Shown here: in pieces, positions 15,265 through 64,000 of the stretch
Position numbering within the stretch: position 1 is the first letter of the stretch
Layout of the letters: each line of letters opens with the position of its first letter
Source of the DNA: the human T2T-CHM13v2.0 reference genome, Homo sapiens
Assembly (NCBI RefSeq): GCF_009914755.1
Contig: NC_060925.1
Strand: one strand, 5' to 3'
Length of the DNA: 64,000 nucleotides
Made by a program: the position numbers and the translations under genes
The notes under the pieces: model-generated
The model's input: the letters and a program-made list of their open reading frames with translations, nothing else
Told to the model about the DNA's origin: nothing
The model's database searches: none

Positions 15265-16041
<777 letters not shown>

Positions 16042-16719
16042 AAATGTTTCTTGCTGTGGAGTGGTTGCAATACAGAAATCCAGTTTCTTTGGCCATCTCA
16101 AAATGCTACAAATGGTGAACTTATTTGTAATAAAAAGTATGAATTCAGGATCGTTATTTTAAAGGAGTCTGCACAGGATTTGATAGCTGGTTGGTAGTCA
16201 TGCTACAAGCCAACTCAGCTATAATATTCTCACTGTGGCTATTATCAATTTACCTACTCAGAAAGGTGGAATCACTGAAATTATTGAATGTGCAGACAGA
16301 ACTCTTCATGCAGATAATTTTTACTCAATGATTTAAAGCTATTAAATGCTTTTGCTACCATAAAGCTCAGCACATCACAGTTGGTGAACTGTGATGAAAA
16401 TTTAACAAATTCTGTTTGATTTGAGGCTGCGTAGACACTAAGCCTCTGAAATCACTTGAAGCATATTTTTCCTAAGTTTTTTCTTCATAAAAATTGCATG
16501 TTTTACAAATTATGATGGAGCAGGTCAAATCTTCCCATTAGTATTTCTATTATTGTATAGTAATACAAGATCAAGTCTTAATGGAAATTATATTTAGAAG
16601 CTATGGATGACATTTTCTGAAATTGATTCTATGTTTAAATTTTCTTGTCAATGGGAAATACATATAACCATAAGTGAAAAATAAGCTAAAACATGTTTAC
16701 CTTTTGATTTCTAATAATC

Positions 16720-17248
16720 GAAGCTGATATTTATTGAGCATTTACTATGCACCAGGCACTGTGTAAAATACTTTTTTGCACATTATTTCATTTAATTCTC
16801 ACAAATTCATGAGGTAGGTTACGTTATTACCATTTATCTGATGAAGAAATGGTTAGAGAAATTAAGAACACTGCACAAATACTAGTTGTATGACACAAGT
16901 AATCCTTTCTTTCTTTCTCTTTCTTTCTTCTTTTCTCTCTTCTCTTCTCTTCTCTTTTTTCTTTTCTTTTCTTTCTGGCAGAGTCTCACTCTGTTGCCTG
17001 GAGTGCAGTGGCATGAACATGGCTCACTGCAGCCTCGATTTCCAGGGCTCAAGCAATCCTACCGCACGCTTCTCAAGTAGCTGGGACCACAGATGTACCC
17101 GCTACACCTAGCTAATTTTTAAATTTTGTGTAGAGACAAGGTTTAGCTATGTTGCCCAGGTTGGTCTCAAATTCCTGGGCTCAAGCAATCCTCCTGACTT
17201 AGCCTCCCAAAGTGCTAGGATTACAGGCATGAACCACTGTGCCTGGCC
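16720..17248 (-). mobile_element. MIR (16720-16890) followed by AluJ with CT-rich tail (16910-17248)
   Basis: MIR and Alu consensus motifs. Confidence 0.8.
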
Positions 17249-17669
17249 AATACTGCCATTCTTTATGCAAATATTTTTTTCAATTGTTATCAAGTAGGAA
17301 ATCTAATTAACTTCAGTTTCATTGAATTTCATCTTTACTTCCTTCCTATCCATGGCTTATGAGAGAAGTGTTAACATGAAGCAACAAGGATTATAGTAAA
17401 TAGAGAATTAATAATCTAAAATAACTGAGTTGGCCATATTGTTATTATAATTATGCTGAAGCTTATTTACATATTCTTTGTTTTGTGTTGAAGCCTTGAG
17501 CTCTGGTGGGGGAAAATCATGATTTTGATTAAACACAAAATGGGCAGTTAAACCTCTAAATAGTATACATGGAGAAAGCTGAAGTACATTTAATTATTTA
17601 GATAATCATTCCTGATTATTTAACTTACATATTTACAAGCCTAAATAAAATGTACAAATGTAAATAGTG

Positions 17670-17954
17670 CTTTTTTTTTTTGGAGACAGGTCTCACTCTG
17701 TCACCCAGGCTGCAGTGCAGTGGCACACTGTAACCTCAACCTCCTGGGCTCAGGTGATCCTCCCATCTCAGCCTCCCAAGTAGCTGGGACTGGAGGCGCT
17801 GGCCACCATGCCCAACTAATTTTTTGTATTTTTTTGTACAGACAGAGTTTCATCATATTGTCTAAGCTGGTCTTGAACTTCTGGACTCAAACGATTGGCC
17901 TCGCCTTGGCCTTCCAAAGTGTTGGGATTACAGGAGTAAGCCACGTGCCTGACC
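17670..17954 (-). mobile_element. AluJ-like
   Basis: Reverse Alu. Confidence 0.85.
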
Positions 17955-20288
17955 AATACTGCATTTTTTGACTTCCTGTTTTCTATCCTTAAAGCACTGA
18001 TTTCTTGGACCCAGTGAAAACAAATTTTTCAAGTTGAAGATTTTAAGTTAATGTAGTCATTCATATTTGAAGGATGTCATGATTTATTTTTTAAATTTAA
18101 TGTCTTTACTATTGAAAATATTTCTTGTTATTATAGTTTATTTATACCCTAAATTAAAAATAAGTAGGCACTTCATATTCTGGATTTGCTGTCACTTGCC
18201 TGCAACAAAACAAGTAACTGGGTTTATCCTGGATGAGTCACAAAGCAAGAGCTTGGATTTTATCATTGGTTTCAGTTCTATTTTTAGAGGTATGGGGATA
18301 CAAAAGAAGTTCTTAATTTGGAGACATTTAAAATGGCTTGTGTGGTTTTCTTCAGAAGGAAGGATGCTGTCTAACTTCAGGACCATCACAGCACCCTTTA
18401 AATATGTAATAATTATTTTGTTCAAAATGTTTATGTTCCATATCTTATCGCTCAATGTATAAAATATCACTGCCACTGACATCAATGAAATTTTATGTGA
18501 AATGGAATGAGTTAGTAAGTGTCAAGTAGGTATTTTCCTCGTCCCTCAAAAAGTTATGTGCCCAAGTATAAATCATCAAAAGGATAAAGATTCTTTCCAT
18601 CTATTGCTTACAGACTGACTATTGTTTAAAAAGGCACGAATTTCATAGACAAGTCTTTATCTCCTTCTTTCTTAAAAAAGCACAGAAAATGGGGAAAAAT
18701 CTTCTATACTGCAATCTAAATTATAGGTAAGAAAAATAAAAACCAAGTGACATAGGAGATTGGCAGTGAATTTTCAAATATCAGTAATTTACAGGATTTA
18801 CAGGATTTTCATTAGCGTTGTTTCCATGTTTTCTGTAAGATACGAACATTTAAATTGATAAGAATGGAATGTTCATATAACATTTCTTGTATCCATTTAA
18901 AGATTCACATTTTCACTTTAATATATAACTTAAGACTTTTCTTTCAAAACACATCTAAAAATTAGTAAAATGCCTAAAGGGAAGCTTTATTTACTTGGTA
19001 GAAAAGCTGAAAGAAAAAAAAACATATTCTTCACAATTTCAGAGGTGACAAAAATCTCTTATATTTCAGTAGTTTCTGATCTCCCTTAAGGGATTTGAGA
19101 ATTATATATAATATTGCATAATCTTAAGCTGATTAATGTTAAAGTGCTATTGGTCTATTTTAACTGTGTACTTCTTAAAATATAATGAAAGAATTTATTT
19201 GGTAATCCTGAATCTATTGACCTCACAAACACTGGTCATTATTTTGGTGGAAATATTCATAAGCATTTTTAGTTACTGATTTCTAACAATTGTTTCTTAT
19301 TATCTTCCTGATTTTACAATTCCCCAAAGTAAAGGTGCGAAAAACAAACATCTACCCTCCTTTTCGACAAATGCCATGATAGAGGGGAGACCTGTGTGGT
19401 GTAAAGACAAATGCAGACATTTGGAAGTTGATGGTTTTAAGATTCAGTAAAAACTTGAGAGTTTTGGCTTCAAATCCCCACGCTAGTTTTAGTTCTACCG
19501 GATACGTGTCCCCTACCCATTTCAAAGGACCCAGTCACCTCGGCTCTTGCCTGAGTTTCAGAGTCCCGCCAGAGTTAGAGCTGGCAGAGTCCAATTGCTC
19601 AGAGCGCCGAGGCGGGGGCGGGGCAGGGGGACGCTTGCAGGTCCGGTGGTCCCGCGGGCTGCGAGCCCCCACGGCCGACCCTAGCTGCAGACCCTCCTGG
19701 AGAACCTCAGGCCTTTCCCCCAGAAACATCCCTAAAAGGCGTTCCCTTTGTTCATTCATTCAACAAATATTTGTTCAATCTCATATGCCCCTCTGTCTTG
19801 GGAAAACCAATTAGGGCCTCTGCAGCCTCAACACAGGGGCACTGTTCCCGCCTATTAATGACGCAATGAACCCGGGAAGACGAATCTCGACCACTGTTTC
19901 GCAAATACCGCGTGTGATTTATTAAATGCCGTCTCTCCGAGTCCCAAGCGGCCGGGAGCATTATGCCACCTCCCTTGCCCTCATCTCTCACTGCCATGCA
20001 AGAAAGCGTTAATGGCAAATAGGGCACGTAGCCACACTCCGTCGTTCCTGCTTCCAAGCAAACCTTGTGCCAGGTTCCTCATTTCGCGAGGCTCCACTCT
20101 CTTGGGCTTCAGGCTGCCGCTGGGCCTCCAGCACCAAAGGGCAATAGGGGTCTGAGAGTCCGGGCCTCAGGCATCTTCAGGCCGCAGGTGGGTGGAGAAT
20201 AGCGCCCGCGCGTGGCAGCGGCCCAGGCCGTCTCAGCCGGATTTTTCCATCCCCGGGGTAGGCTTGGTCCCCTGTACACTCCAGCGGA

Positions 20289-20330
20289 ACTACAACTCCC
20301 AGCACCGTGGCTGCCCGGACTCCCGGAAGC
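20289..20330 (+). promoter_or_regulatory. ZNF143/THAP11-type motif ACTACAACTCCCAGCA plus ETS site CCGGAAG
   Basis: Match to the ACTACAnnTCCCA housekeeping-promoter motif at 20289-20304; CCGGAAG at 20323-20329. Confidence 0.75.
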
Positions 20331-20417
20331 CGAATCCCGGCTGGGAGGAAGCAGCTGAGACCCGGCCAACAGACTGGGGGTTAATTTAGCCAGAAAAGGG
20401 GGCGGGAAGGGCTGTAG

Positions 20418-63247
<42,830 letters not shown>

Positions 63248-64000
63248 TAAAAGAGAACATTCATTCTACAACTGTGTCCTCTTTCCCAGAGGATAAAGCT
63301 TAAATTCCCTTTATGTTGGAAAAATTTGGTCAATACTCACCAAACTGCTGTAGACTGAAATTCTCTGGTGTTTGCAGCTCCAGAATAATTTAAGAATTTG
63401 TGAGAGAAAGGATCTATAGTAGTTAAGTTCGTTAAGTTCATAAATCTCTTTATTAGGTCAAAGACCTAGAAAGTAAGAACCATCTTACACTGTTAACAAT
63501 TTGTATTTCCTGTGTTCAAAAAAGGAGAAACCCTTGGACCTAATTCATAAGGAAGGGGGAAAAATTAAAAATTGGGTTTTTTTTAAAGAGGGAGAAACCT
63601 AATAGCCACAGCTTAGACTTTGAAAATACTTAAACATAATGGTATTGAAGTCTGTGAGTTTTTCTATTTTGTTGATTAACTTTATTCACTTAGCAAGTAT
63701 TCAGTAAGAATACAAAGATGAATAATCTAAAGATCCTACCTCAAGTTATTGTCTATTAGGAAAGAACATTTAAAAATAAGAAAACAAGTGCCCAGAGAGG
63801 CAGATAAAAGGGCCAAGGATTCTCAGAGTGACTAAGGGAAATTAGCAAATGTTTCACATAGAAGATAGTATATTAGCTGAGCCTTGGGTGAAAATGGACA
63901 TATGGAGGGAGAGCACATTCTAGGTAGAGTTAACCACGTGAACAAGTTATAAAAGCTGTAGGCAACATACATACACAAAGAACAGCAAATAGTTGACTAG

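Overview
Human (primate) genomic DNA. From the protein sequence I recognise the VPS45 locus (1q21.2). The + strand carries a CpG-rich promoter (about 19.55-20.55 kb) and coding exons 1-14 of VPS45 (Sec1/Munc18 family). These splice in frame with GT-AG boundaries to 1625 nt (541 codons + 2 nt); the last coding exon lies beyond the window. The upstream 20 kb holds a full-length RPL6 processed pseudogene nested in a 5'-truncated L1 and interrupted by two Alus. The rest is dense in repeats: about 45 Alus, three larger L1 copies (one with a twin-priming inversion), L2, MIR, MLT1, an ERVL-type LTR and MER DNA transposons. Almost all ORFs in the supplied track are Alu/L1 artefacts. I found no new multi-gene system. 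The most unusual signals are: (i) three tiny (18-70 nt) A-tailed insertions that are neither Alu nor L1, two of them folding into hairpins, which look like retroposed short RNAs; (ii) three L1 copies truncated at almost the same ORF2 position, each also disrupted at the same internal AAAAAGTCAAAAA site; (iii) a 50-bp duplication shared by introns 1 and 3; (iv) a candidate poison exon in intron 13; (v) an atypical A-rich acceptor in intron 5. Repeat subfamily names are from memory of consensus sequences and repeat boundaries are approximate.
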